DNA of 64,000 bases from IMG/VR virus record IMGVR_UViG_3300016471_000988, positions 1 to 64,000 of that record, one strand, 5' to 3'. The notes beneath the pieces are model-generated. The model made no database searches. It worked only from the letters and a program-made list of their open reading frames with translations, and had not been told where the DNA came from. How positions within the stretch are numbered: the stretch's first letter is position 1; the number at the start of each line of letters is the position of its first letter. The translations under genes and the position numbers were made by a program. Shown piece after piece: positions 28,580 through 37,853 of this stretch. This stretch comes from a virus.

Positions 28580-31500
28580 AATTCTAAGCCTTCATAAAAT
28601 GATCGAGCAATAATAGTTTCCATGCCACCGGCAAAGCCAGTCCAGTCGCCATAGCTGCTCAATGTAGGATTTAGTATAGTTAAAGGGTTTTTAAAGTCTA
28701 TAATCCCGTCTACCATATTTGTATTTTTGTATGGTTTATATCTGTAAAAACGATAGTAAGGCTTTATATCAAGACCAGCTTGTTCAATATTTCCTGTAAC
28801 CAGGCCCCATCCCCAATTATAATTTACCCCGCTAAGAGGGTATGGTTGGCCTATTACAGGTACCTTGTTATTTGTAGTCGGTATTACTGTATTGAAAACT
28901 AACTTATAGTTTTCACTAAAATTTTCATATGTTACGACGGGTTCGCCGACAATAAAAGTGCCTGTTTCAATATCTATTTCTTCGCCTAAGTTTTTACCAG
29001 CATTAAAATCATATGCACTTAAACCAAAGCTATATTGAGTAACTGCCCTAGTTCCAAAAAGCTTAGACTTATTAACACTCAACAAATCTATAGCACGTCT
29101 TAAGCCTGGGGGATAGTCAGAAGTAAAATCAATGTAATCAAGCCCCTGCTGGATAAACATGCTCTTCAGGCTCTTAATATTACAAGTCTCAGGGTCAGAA
29201 ACATTACTGACATAATTAGCAATTTTTTCGTATACCGTTTTGCCAAGAACTTCAGGCGGGGCATCAGCATTACCGACAATCTGTCCTAAAAATTCCTCCA
29301 ATAGCATTTTTTTATCAAAAAGACTTTCTTGTAAGATGTAGCTTTTAAACGACGCAGCTTGATCAAAATTTTCATTTACTTTGTTAGCTATTGGACCGCG
29401 CTTTAATATCTTAAAGTAGTTGCTGCTTCCTCTTATAATGCGCGGAAGTGGATCAGTTTCTGTGACATATTTATTGACCCACCTTACACCCGTCCAGTCA
29501 CCAAACACACTGTAAAACGCTTGCGATCGATCTGAAATTGTTTGTTCTATATCTGGCAAATTGCCATCAAACAGGCTCGATAGTGGAGTTTGAGTGGTAC
29601 TAGAAGTTGGTAGAAAATAAATTTTGCCATTGTAATTATGGATTATCCAGACATATCCTTCAACATCACAGCCTATGCCACCTATAGGTTGTGTGTAGAA
29701 TTCATCTGGTGTGGTTGTGTCTAAAATAAATGTTGTTACACCACCTGTGGGTGTAATTTTACTAACAAGAGAATATCCTGAATTAACCCAGAGATTTTGC
29801 TTGAGATCTATTGTTAGATTACCGGCACCTCTTATAGTTTGAATAGGGAACCCTGGTATTAAATTAAAATCACTATCCCACTTATAAATTAAATCTGGAG
29901 ATTCATAAGGATTTGGAGATCGCGGACCAACATATTTAAATACAGCCCAGGTAAAATTGCCCCTATCAACAACTATTTCTTGCACTGAATAAAGCGGATC
30001 TATTCCGTAAACATTTAATACTGTCCCGCTAGCATCATATTTAAAGATATACCCGCTAACAGGGTGGCTGTACCCAACAAAAATATTGTCATCAAGATCT
30101 GTATCAACACACGTTGGCAGTAATGAATTTTGGCCGGTAAATCCGCTCAACGATTTTAAAACAGAATATAATCTAGTATTGCTGTAGTCTGCATTTTGTA
30201 AAGTTGGTTCTGCGCTAGCACAGATTGTTAGTGTGTTATAATCTAACTTTATTGTTTTTACAGCATCATATAAAGTTACCCATGCGTTGCCCATACTATC
30301 AATAGCCACGTTCGAAGGGCTAGCACTATTAAGGTTTGCTCTTAAATCGACAAACACTGGTGTAGACTCAGCAATCCTACGTATAACAGGCACGTTGGTA
30401 AGATCAACAGTATTAATTAATGCGCCCTCAACACTATACACATAAATTTTGTCATTATCAGAGTCAGTAATGTATACTCGACTTTGTCCGCGATTATAAA
30501 TCTCCAAGGGTACATAACTAATACCTAAGTTTGATGTTTGGTTATTTGTATAGATGTCACAGTTAATATCGTACGAAAACGATATTTCCTCTTGTAAACA
30601 ATTATCGAAGGTAGCTCTTTTTGAAAATCTTTTTACATTGCTTTTACCGGGTTGTGCAGCAAAGCCAAACGATATTCCTAAATTTAGCTTAGGATCATCT
30701 AATATTAAAGCAGCTGCACTTATATATGCAATTTCGGTTTCTTGCGGTATAGTTACAGTCCCTGCAAAATACCCACCGCTTCGTGAATAATTAGGTACAT
30801 CAGGGTTACGTACAAACGTTGCATCATCGATTCTATACGAACTAACATCATTAGTGGCTGTGAACGGGTCATTATCCACAACTCTGTATACTCCTAAACT
30901 AATAGTATTAAGATCTGTAGGATCTTGCCCATCAGTTCTAAACCCAGTTATAGGTGGATAGCATTTTGTTGTAAAGTAATCCTTGTCTTTGAACGTACAG
31001 CAAAAAGCAATTTCAGTATCTGTCCATTTGACAGGGTATATATTAAAAGAATGTAAAAGCTGCCCAGTTAAAGGCCCGAGCGTTTGTTGAGTACCTTCTA
31101 CAGTAATTCCATTGCTTGTTATAGCTATAGTTTCAGCTGGGTTAAAAATTGATTTTAACGGCTGTACAGCCCAAGGATAATTTATATACCCGTAGGAGGG
31201 ATATGAAATACTAGGATAGTAATCGTTATAGATTTGATTAAAATCATAATATCTGGTTGTTTTAGGGTGCGCGTACAAGAATATTAACGCTGGCCCATCG
31301 TCATTAGATGGGGTTTGATCAATGTAACTTACTGTCCTATCATCGAGGCTACTGCCAGTTGTTCCCGCAAATGCTGTATTTTCATTTGGTGTTCCAACAA
31401 AATTTAATTCTATTTCCCAGGAGTTTTCTTTTCTCACTCTTTCTGCGTAGACGCTCACCGCAGTTGTACGGGTACTATCAACCAATCGTGTAGAAATATT

Positions 31501-32124
31501 ACCGCTTGGGGAAACATACGTTTCAATAAATCCAAAATATTTTCTCAGGTGAGCATATTTGTCCGTGTAGTAACTATTTGGTGAAAGAAAATCGCTCTTA
31601 CTACCAGAGGCATAAAGATTAATAGTGTAATTATCTTCTCTTAAAAAGCTGTCGTTTTGCCAGCTATTGAAACGACATATATCTAATGGTATGCTTTTTT
31701 TTCCAGCCGGTAACTGATAGACACCAGGTCGGCCTTCTGGCAATAGCCCTCTAAAAACTATTTTATCTGGCATTGCATTGAACGCAGTTAATGTCGCGTA
31801 AACCAAGGATCCGGACGTTGAATCTGTTGTAGTGTTAATTGTCTGTGCATTACCTTCAATGTTATAAAACGTCGCGGTTACATTGTATACGCCTGGATAT
31901 TTGTAATAGTGCTGTGCGCTAAGCCCTGTAGTATGTGTTCCATCACCAAAATCCCATAATATTTGATACTGGCTGTAAAGCAAAAATTCATTTCCAGAAT
32001 CGGCAGCCCAAATAGGTCTAAAATAAAAGGGTGTATTTGAAAGTGTATAGCTTGTATAGACGTTTGCTGAGTCTGGAGAATTTATAACCGTGACGCCGAT
32101 TTGAACAGCCGTAAGCGCCAACAT
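28576..32124 (-). CDS. baseplate-associated protein (gp7 position) with PKD and NHL-like domains
   Basis: Directly after gp6. LWDFGDG..HYYKYPGVYNV (PKD); AIDSMGNAWV, IDLKQNLWV (propeller); helical LGKTVYEKIANY segment. Confidence 0.6.
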   Translation of the reverse strand: MLALTAVQIGVTVINSPDSANVYTSYTLSNTPFYFRPIWAADSGNEFLLYSQYQILWDFGDGTHTTGLSAQHYYKYPGVYNVTATFYNIEGNAQTINTTTDSTSGSLVYATLTAFNAMPDKIVFRGLLPEGRPGVYQLPAGKKSIPLDICRFNSWQNDSFLREDNYTINLYASGSKSDFLSPNSYYTDKYAHLRKYFGFIETYVSPSGNISTRLVDSTRTTAVSVYAERVRKENSWEIELNFVGTPNENTAFAGTTGSSLDDRTVSYIDQTPSNDDGPALIFLYAHPKTTRYYDFNQIYNDYYPSISYPSYGYINYPWAVQPLKSIFNPAETIAITSNGITVEGTQQTLGPLTGQLLHSFNIYPVKWTDTEIAFCCTFKDKDYFTTKCYPPITGFRTDGQDPTDLNTISLGVYRVVDNDPFTATNDVSSYRIDDATFVRNPDVPNYSRSGGYFAGTVTIPQETEIAYISAAALILDDPKLNLGISFGFAAQPGKSNVKRFSKRATFDNCLQEEISFSYDINCDIYTNNQTSNLGISYVPLEIYNRGQSRVYITDSDNDKIYVYSVEGALINTVDLTNVPVIRRIAESTPVFVDLRANLNSASPSNVAIDSMGNAWVTLYDAVKTIKLDYNTLTICASAEPTLQNADYSNTRLYSVLKSLSGFTGQNSLLPTCVDTDLDDNIFVGYSHPVSGYIFKYDASGTVLNVYGIDPLYSVQEIVVDRGNFTWAVFKYVGPRSPNPYESPDLIYKWDSDFNLIPGFPIQTIRGAGNLTIDLKQNLWVNSGYSLVSKITPTGGVTTFILDTTTPDEFYTQPIGGIGCDVEGYVWIIHNYNGKIYFLPTSSTTQTPLSSLFDGNLPDIEQTISDRSQAFYSVFGDWTGVRWVNKYVTETDPLPRIIRGSSNYFKILKRGPIANKVNENFDQAASFKSYILQESLFDKKMLLEEFLGQIVGNADAPPEVLGKTVYEKIANYVSNVSDPETCNIKSLKSMFIQQGLDYIDFTSDYPPGLRRAIDLLSVNKSKLFGTRAVTQYSFGLSAYDFNAGKNLGEEIDIETGTFIVGEPVVTYENFSENYKLVFNTVIPTTNNKVPVIGQPYPLSGVNYNWGWGLVTGNIEQAGLDIKPYYRFYRYKPYKNTNMVDGIIDFKNPLTILNPTLSSYGDWTGFAGGMETIIARSFYEGLEL

Positions 32125-32127
32125 AAA

Positions 32128-33996
32128 TTAATATTCCCTCAAGCTTGCGCCTTGAATATCCGGCGTTACCACCTCAATGCTCTTAAGTATACCTTCAGGA
32201 TTATACAAATATGGTATTTTAAAATACGGTAAAACATTACTTTGGGTTATAATGGAAATATCTTCGCTAGGGTTACTGTAAACAGGATTAAATACAAGAA
32301 AGCTAAGACCATTTCTATTAATTTGCTGATCATTGATAATACGAGAGCTTGTTATAGATGTAACACCTGCAATCTTCAGGATATCACTTGCTAGTGCACT
32401 TAAATCAATTGTTTGTCCAAGCTTAACGTTCGAAGGTTTAAAATAATTAACAATAATATTTGCAACTTGCAATTTAATTTCATTCTCTGAATATAAACTA
32501 TCCGGAGCCCGGCCAATTACTAACTTGGTTTGCTCAATAATATCTGGTGTTAATTGTAAATTGTTAATTTCCTCGCTACTAGCAACACCTAGTCCCACAG
32601 CAAGATAAACCGGGTCCATCATTACTATCTCTGCAGTTGTCAATTTTATGTTTTGTAATGAGTTTATAATATTATCTTTTAACCCTGTACCGATAAAATT
32701 ATTTTTAATTTTTCCACTCTCTAATGTTTGTATTTTTGGAACTATGTAAATATAGATATTGTTGAAGTCGCAACTATCAGCAAAAGTAACTTGGTTGAAG
32801 AGAATTCTACTATCACTATTAGGTGCTTTTAGCCCTATATTGTACAAATATCGAACATGCTCTGCTAGGTATTCCCAGTTATTAACCACTCTGACGTCAG
32901 CAATAATGTTGCTAAAAGTATTTTTAATGTATGTTTCAAAGTCACGTGTCGTTACAAGTCGGTATTGAGTTTTAAAAACATTTGCAGCGTTATTTCGTAT
33001 ACCAATAGTATCTTCGAGGGGTGAAAATGATGTGCTAGCCACTGGATTCGTAAAAACAAGCGATGCCGCTTGTGTACTGTTAATGTAATTTAAATTGCTC
33101 TTAATATCAGAAAATATTTGATTAAAAGCCTGGACGTTAAATGTAAAGAGTTTGTTACTGTCGAGAACCCCAGGTCCTATCTCGCCCTGAACACCATCGC
33201 TTCTAAGGTAGTATACTGCTACTACATAACCGGCTTTGAGTTGTTTGCCGTTTACATCGTTACCAAATTTTATACTATATCTCTGATTTTCGTTAAACCT
33301 ACACTCAAAACTTTTTCCGCTTGAATCTTCTAAATATAAGTTGTTTACGCGCCTCCATTCAGTATATTTGCCTGTTTCATCTAAAACATATACATGAATA
33401 TTATTATGGTCTATAAGCTCATTATCACCGTTTTCTTTTAATACAGCTAAAGAAAATTCTTCAAACGGTGCCCCGTTTGCAATGTAAAGAGGGTACGGAA
33501 CAAACGAGCCTTGATATAAAAGAGCAGAATTATCAAGCTGGGTTAAATCTTCACTATCATCACTAGTTTTTGTAAAGGTTATATCATTAGCAAATGAATA
33601 GTTAATTCCATTTACTGTAAAATATGAATACCGCGGGATTGTATAGGCACCTGCAGGAAGAGATGCTGGTGCACTCGATTTAAAGCTAAGAACAGCTGAC
33701 TGATTTCCAATTGGATTATAATTGAGAATCTTTACTATACGATTCATATTCTCATATAACTGTGCTTGGCTATACAAGCTTTCGTTAGCTGTTCTATTTA
33801 AATAAAATAATAATACGTTATAGCTGTAAGCTATAATATCTAATAAACTATTAAAATTACTCCCCTCATAAATTTGATCAGTAAAGACGCCACCTTGAGT
33901 CAGGCGCTGTATCATTAATGATTTGAGATTCGATGCATCAAACGCGGCATACGCGTTTAAAGGCATATTAAAAGGATTGCTAGTTATATCTGCCAT
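32128..33996 (-). CDS. gp6: baseplate wedge protein
   Basis: FTDQIYEGSNFNSLLDIIAY, NESLYSQAQL..N..RIVKILNYNP, FGNDVNG, YLRSDG..G, RLVTTRDFE. Confidence 0.93.
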   Translation of the reverse strand: MADITSNPFNMPLNAYAAFDASNLKSLMIQRLTQGGVFTDQIYEGSNFNSLLDIIAYSYNVLLFYLNRTANESLYSQAQLYENMNRIVKILNYNPIGNQSAVLSFKSSAPASLPAGAYTIPRYSYFTVNGINYSFANDITFTKTSDDSEDLTQLDNSALLYQGSFVPYPLYIANGAPFEEFSLAVLKENGDNELIDHNNIHVYVLDETGKYTEWRRVNNLYLEDSSGKSFECRFNENQRYSIKFGNDVNGKQLKAGYVVAVYYLRSDGVQGEIGPGVLDSNKLFTFNVQAFNQIFSDIKSNLNYINSTQAASLVFTNPVASTSFSPLEDTIGIRNNAANVFKTQYRLVTTRDFETYIKNTFSNIIADVRVVNNWEYLAEHVRYLYNIGLKAPNSDSRILFNQVTFADSCDFNNIYIYIVPKIQTLESGKIKNNFIGTGLKDNIINSLQNIKLTTAEIVMMDPVYLAVGLGVASSEEINNLQLTPDIIEQTKLVIGRAPDSLYSENEIKLQVANIIVNYFKPSNVKLGQTIDLSALASDILKIAGVTSITSSRIINDQQINRNGLSFLVFNPVYSNPSEDISIITQSNVLPYFKIPYLYNPEGILKSIEVVTPDIQGASLREY

Positions 33997-33998
33997 AA

Positions 33999-34466
33999 TT
34001 AATCAAAGTAGTATCCTGACTCGCTGAGTACTCCCTTGAGTCCGAATCCTTGTATATTTAGCGACGGAACATTAATGATCATGAATATATTATATTGATT
34101 ATTATCATAATCAGTTTCAACGTTTACCCTTTCCACTTGTACTCTAGGTTCAAATCGTCTTATACCCGTAAAGATTGACTCGCCTATAATCTGAGCTTGA
34201 GTTACAGATATAGGTACGAACAAGTACTGTGCCAAGTTTAACCCGTAAATCGGGTTTAAGATCTTTTGTCCAGGCATAGTCGTAAACAAATTAAACAAGC
34301 TGTTCTTTATTGCACCAACATCAAGTGATGCTTGTATATCTTTAATTTCTCTACGCTTTAAAAGCTGTGTATTTTGTGTATAATTTAGTTTTAAATCTAA
34401 AGATAAATCCTTGTATAGAGCACCAGATACTACTGATCCTATAGTACTAACGACAATGGCGGCCAT
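33999..34466 (-). CDS. gp25: baseplate wedge protein
   Basis: YKDLSLDL, AIKNSLFNLFTT.PGQKILNP.YG, IRRFEPRV. Confidence 0.93.
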   Translation of the reverse strand: MAAIVVSTIGSVVSGALYKDLSLDLKLNYTQNTQLLKRREIKDIQASLDVGAIKNSLFNLFTTMPGQKILNPIYGLNLAQYLFVPISVTQAQIIGESIFTGIRRFEPRVQVERVNVETDYDNNQYNIFMIINVPSLNIQGFGLKGVLSESGYYFD

Positions 34467-34471
34467 AAAAT

Positions 34472-34479
34472 TATTTATA
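34472..34479 (-). promoter_or_regulatory. late promoter TATAAATA
   Basis: 5 nt before gp25 ATG; drives the long baseplate/fibre operon. Confidence 0.8.
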
Positions 34480-34512
34480 ACATGGTAATTGTTCTAAAAT
34501 AAGCTTAGAAAA

Positions 34513-34520
34513 CATAAGTA
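34513..34520 (+). promoter_or_regulatory. late promoter variant CATAAGTA
   Basis: 6 nt before ATG 34527; divergent from the gp25 promoter. Confidence 0.6.
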
Positions 34521-34526
34521 TTTAAT

Positions 34527-35129
34527 ATGAACAAATTTGTCAAGTTATATGAATCCGCAATAAGCAGATTTACAAGAGGCGGGTTTTTAACTGGTGATTT
34601 AGTCAAATTTACTGATAATGCATTAAGAGATGAGTTTTTTGGTCAGCAAGCACCTAACTACCTAGCTAAAGTAAAATCCTTTATCGATAGTGGGTTAAAC
34701 ATGCGTGTTAGTGCTGTCAAACCAGTAAGACCCTCGACACAACCTGGAAACATACAGAACGAAGCTAGCGGATTTTTAATAGACATTACGTTAGAATTAG
34801 CACCAGGTCTCTATAAAGATTTTATAACATTGCCCGCACATGTCTTACAACATATTGACACTGGCACCAATCTTGCGCCTGTTCCAGATAGCTTGAAAAA
34901 AACAGACAATGTCAACATTAAACCAAAAGAAGTAGACATTAAAAGTGAAGATGAATTAATGCTATCACCACACAGACAAACAGGTACTAGCGACCAGGGA
35001 GATAAAAAAGATTCAGAAGGAGATAGAACACTTAACAATTTTAATACTGCAATACCTAGCTCACCTGCTGTTGGAGAAAAAAGCCCTGCTGTAGAGAAAG
35101 GTACTGCAAGATATCTACCTAAGCAGTAA
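34527..35129 (+). CDS. hypothetical late protein (candidate head-internal protein)
   Basis: 200 aa, starts MNKFVKLYES; charged low-complexity C-terminus. Confidence 0.6.
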   Translation: MNKFVKLYESAISRFTRGGFLTGDLVKFTDNALRDEFFGQQAPNYLAKVKSFIDSGLNMRVSAVKPVRPSTQPGNIQNEASGFLIDITLELAPGLYKDFITLPAHVLQHIDTGTNLAPVPDSLKKTDNVNIKPKEVDIKSEDELMLSPHRQTGTSDQGDKKDSEGDRTLNNFNTAIPSSPAVGEKSPAVEKGTARYLPKQ

Positions 35130-36051
35130 TCTCTGATAAAGCAATTAATAAACAATAGAAATTAATCTCTTGATCTAATGCAAAAGCTGATCGGTACATG
35201 TACTCTCCAATAGTTACTAACCATAATTTCTTTTGAGCTTCATTGAGCGAGTAATTACCGGTGTATACAGCATCAAACAATGCCTTCATTAACATACCAT
35301 AATCACCGTTAAATGTCGATTCGTTTTCAATAATGACCTTTCTTACTATCAAGACCTTTTTACTGACTACCAATTGTATAATTTTTGCAGCAAATTCATC
35401 TTTAATATTTAAATCCGGTATTTCTAGAGTTTTTGAAGTGCTGTATTTTTGAAGCTCATTAACACATTTACGGATGTCCGGAAAATATCGTCGAACTAGC
35501 CCTATAAGCTTTTTCTTAGATTCCTCTGTAACAGATACATTCTCACTCTTCAATATATTGTAACATCTCTTAACAACTTCTTGAAGCTGAGGATCCAAGT
35601 CTATAGACTGGCAACGACTTTGCAGAGGTACTATAACCCTATGCTTGTAATTACAAGTTAAGATAAACCTACAATGCCCAGCATATTCCTCCAGAACATT
35701 TCTTAATGACCGCTGAGCTTCAGTTGATGCCATGCCGTCTACCTCATCGAGCAATACAATTTTCTTTTTACCGTTGAAACTTTTAGTACGGCTAAAGCCA
35801 GTAATATCATTTCTTACAATATCTATACCAACTTCAGAACAATTTTTATATATATTTTCTGCATCCAAAGTTTGAATAAGAACTTTTGCAGTTGTTGTCT
35901 TTCCTATTCCTGCATGGCCACAAAACAGTAAATTAGGTATCTCATCATCCTTAATAAAGGATTTAAGGATTTTTCTAGTATCATCAGATAAAACAATATC
36001 ATCTAATGTATTAGGTCTATATTTTTCTGTCCAAACCTTATTTACGTCCAT
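35119..36051 (-). CDS. gp44: sliding clamp loader large subunit (RFC-like AAA+)
   Basis: WTEKYRP, GHAGIGKTT, LLDEVDG, FILTCN, SRC. Start reassigned to ATG 36051. Confidence 0.95.
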   Translation of the reverse strand: MDVNKVWTEKYRPNTLDDIVLSDDTRKILKSFIKDDEIPNLLFCGHAGIGKTTTAKVLIQTLDAENIYKNCSEVGIDIVRNDITGFSRTKSFNGKKKIVLLDEVDGMASTEAQRSLRNVLEEYAGHCRFILTCNYKHRVIVPLQSRCQSIDLDPQLQEVVKRCYNILKSENVSVTEESKKKLIGLVRRYFPDIRKCVNELQKYSTSKTLEIPDLNIKDEFAAKIIQLVVSKKVLIVRKVIIENESTFNGDYGMLMKALFDAVYTGNYSLNEAQKKLWLVTIGEYMYRSAFALDQEINFYCLLIALSEITA

Positions 36052-36052
36052 C

Positions 36053-36502
36053 TTATTTACCGCTACTGCCGAACCCTTGCGCGCCACGATCTGTCGGTTG
36101 GACTACTCCCCAACCGGTTTGCATATGAATATTATAGTAAACAACTAGCTGTGCTATCCTATCACCCTTTGCAACAGTATAATCTTCATGACCGTGGTTA
36201 TACAAAAGTACACCTAAATCGCCTCTGTAATTTTGGTCGATTACCCCTGGATGAGCTAAAATATTTTGTTTAAAACTCAACCCAGATCTAGACTCAACAC
36301 GAATCCAATAGCCAGGCTCTAGGTATGCTAATTTTAGCCCAACAGGCACCATTGCAGTGTGGAGACCTGGTATGAACTGCGATTCAACTGCAAATAAATC
36401 CCAACCAGCATCACTATCGAAGTTTTTTTTCGGTAGCTGAGCATCAGGGTGTGTCTTTTCAAACACCATTTTAGGTAGAAATGCTGGTAATGAAGGTTCC
36501 AT
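36053..36502 (-). CDS. dut: trimeric dUTPase
   Basis: Motifs AGWDL, RSGLS, GVIDQNYRG, GDRIAQL, RGAQGFGSSG. Confidence 0.97.
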   Translation of the reverse strand: MEPSLPAFLPKMVFEKTHPDAQLPKKNFDSDAGWDLFAVESQFIPGLHTAMVPVGLKLAYLEPGYWIRVESRSGLSFKQNILAHPGVIDQNYRGDLGVLLYNHGHEDYTVAKGDRIAQLVVYYNIHMQTGWGVVQPTDRGAQGFGSSGK

Positions 36503-36508
36503 ATCATT

Positions 36509-36536
36509 AATATAACATATTGCTTAGTAATATCAA
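36509..36536 (-). promoter_or_regulatory. sigma70-like promoter TTGATA-N16-TATATT
   Basis: TG extension; 6 nt before dut ATG. Confidence 0.55.
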
Positions 36537-36538
36537 TA

Positions 36539-36546
36539 GATAAATA
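36539..36546 (+). promoter_or_regulatory. late promoter GATAAATA
   Basis: 4 nt before GTG 36551. Confidence 0.7.
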
Positions 36547-36550
36547 TATT

Positions 36551-37039
36551 GTGGAAGAAAAAGAATTTAGCGTAAACGATCTTATAAAGGAGCTTAATAT
36601 TAGCACCAAAGCCAGTAAAGATTTAGCAGAAAAGCAAGACCCAACAATAACAAGGGCTAATTTAGAGGATTTTGTACTTAATAGTACAGGAAAACTCGTA
36701 ACCCAAGGTCTTGAAATTGTTGAGGGCGTCAAGGATTATGTAATGAATAATCCAGAGAGTAGAGAAGTTGAAGCGCTTTCCGAGGCGCTTAAAGCGGTGG
36801 CAAGCGCCCTGTCCGTAATTAAAGATATTCATGTTACCCAAGTAAAAATGGAAGGTACAAAAGAACTTAAAATTATGGATATACAGTCCCGAAAAGCTCT
36901 GAAAGAAGTAGACCGTCAAGAAAAAATTTTAATGAGTCGCGATGAAATTTTTAAGAAAATCTTAGAAGAAGCTAATGTAATCGAAGCAGAAGCTACAAAA
37001 GCTATTAATATTACGCTCCCAGCACTTTCCGCGAAGTAA
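36551..37039 (+). CDS. gp16: terminase small subunit-like protein
   Basis: LVTQGLEIVEGVKDYVMNNPESREVEALSEALKAVASAL matches the helical G..A...PR.YEV...L.K pattern of T4-like small terminases; late promoter. Confidence 0.6.
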   Translation: MEEKEFSVNDLIKELNISTKASKDLAEKQDPTITRANLEDFVLNSTGKLVTQGLEIVEGVKDYVMNNPESREVEALSEALKAVASALSVIKDIHVTQVKMEGTKELKIMDIQSRKALKEVDRQEKILMSRDEIFKKILEEANVIEAEATKAINITLPALSAK

Positions 37040-37853
37040 GCTTGCTCTGTGTATCTTGAAGTTGGTTTGCAAGTAAATCCTGGTTAACAGGATTACCTTC
37101 AATACTCATTGTAATGTTATAATTGGGCACATACTGTAAGTTTTGCGGGGCACTTTTAGGGTTATAATTACAATAAAGATCAATAACTTTGTATAGTTGC
37201 TTATATTCGCCTTGAATTTTCTGTGTAATAGTTGGCATGATGCCTTTCATACGCGTAAAATGCTCAGTATCTGGTACTAGGTTATCGCCATGCGCTTTTT
37301 TGCTAGTTGAAACACTGGACTGAATACTCTGAAGATTTTTTCTAAAAACTAGATTAGTTTTTTTACTTACTTCTCCTAAAAGCAGCAATGTTGCAGGGTG
37401 TATTTTGTTAGATAACGAGCTGCCATATCGTAATGGCGCCATCATGTTTTGACTATTAACATCGCTAACCAGCTGCGTGCTATCGTCAAAATAATTTTCC
37501 ATCCTTGCAAGGCCACCTATACTATCACTGAACTGCCTATAAAAAGTACCATCGCCTATTTGCATACGAACTTCTTTTCGAACTGCATTTAAACTATTAT
37601 TGAACTGATTAATCCAATGTGCAGCAAACTGTGGTTCCATAGATCCCATTTTTTTATCCATTTTAACAAAAAAATCTTTTTGTGCTGTTATCGGATCATT
37701 TTTAACCTTGCTTAAATTATACTCAATAGCAGTTTCTATTTCAGGTGTATAGTTTTGCATTGTGCTCAAAAAATTCGACGCTTTCTCGTAAAATTCTTTT
37801 TTGTAGAAAAGATTTATGCTTGTTAATTGTGGATCTGTAGTAATTTTATTCAT
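37011..37853 (-). CDS. hypothetical protein downstream of baseplate hub
   Basis: 280 aa helical ORF, ATGA-coupled to the gp27-like gene. Confidence 0.6.
   Translation of the reverse strand: MNKITTDPQLTSINLFYKKEFYEKASNFLSTMQNYTPEIETAIEYNLSKVKNDPITAQKDFFVKMDKKMGSMEPQFAAHWINQFNNSLNAVRKEVRMQIGDGTFYRQFSDSIGGLARMENYFDDSTQLVSDVNSQNMMAPLRYGSSLSNKIHPATLLLLGEVSKKTNLVFRKNLQSIQSSVSTSKKAHGDNLVPDTEHFTRMKGIMPTITQKIQGEYKQLYKVIDLYCNYNPKSAPQNLQYVPNYNITMSIEGNPVNQDLLANQLQDTQSKLTSRKVLGA

Noticed and set aside
12837-32124. Diversity-generating retroelement acting on fibre genes
   Set aside because: No reverse transcriptase and no TR/VR-like near-identical DNA pair noticed by eye; a self-alignment would be needed to exclude it fully.
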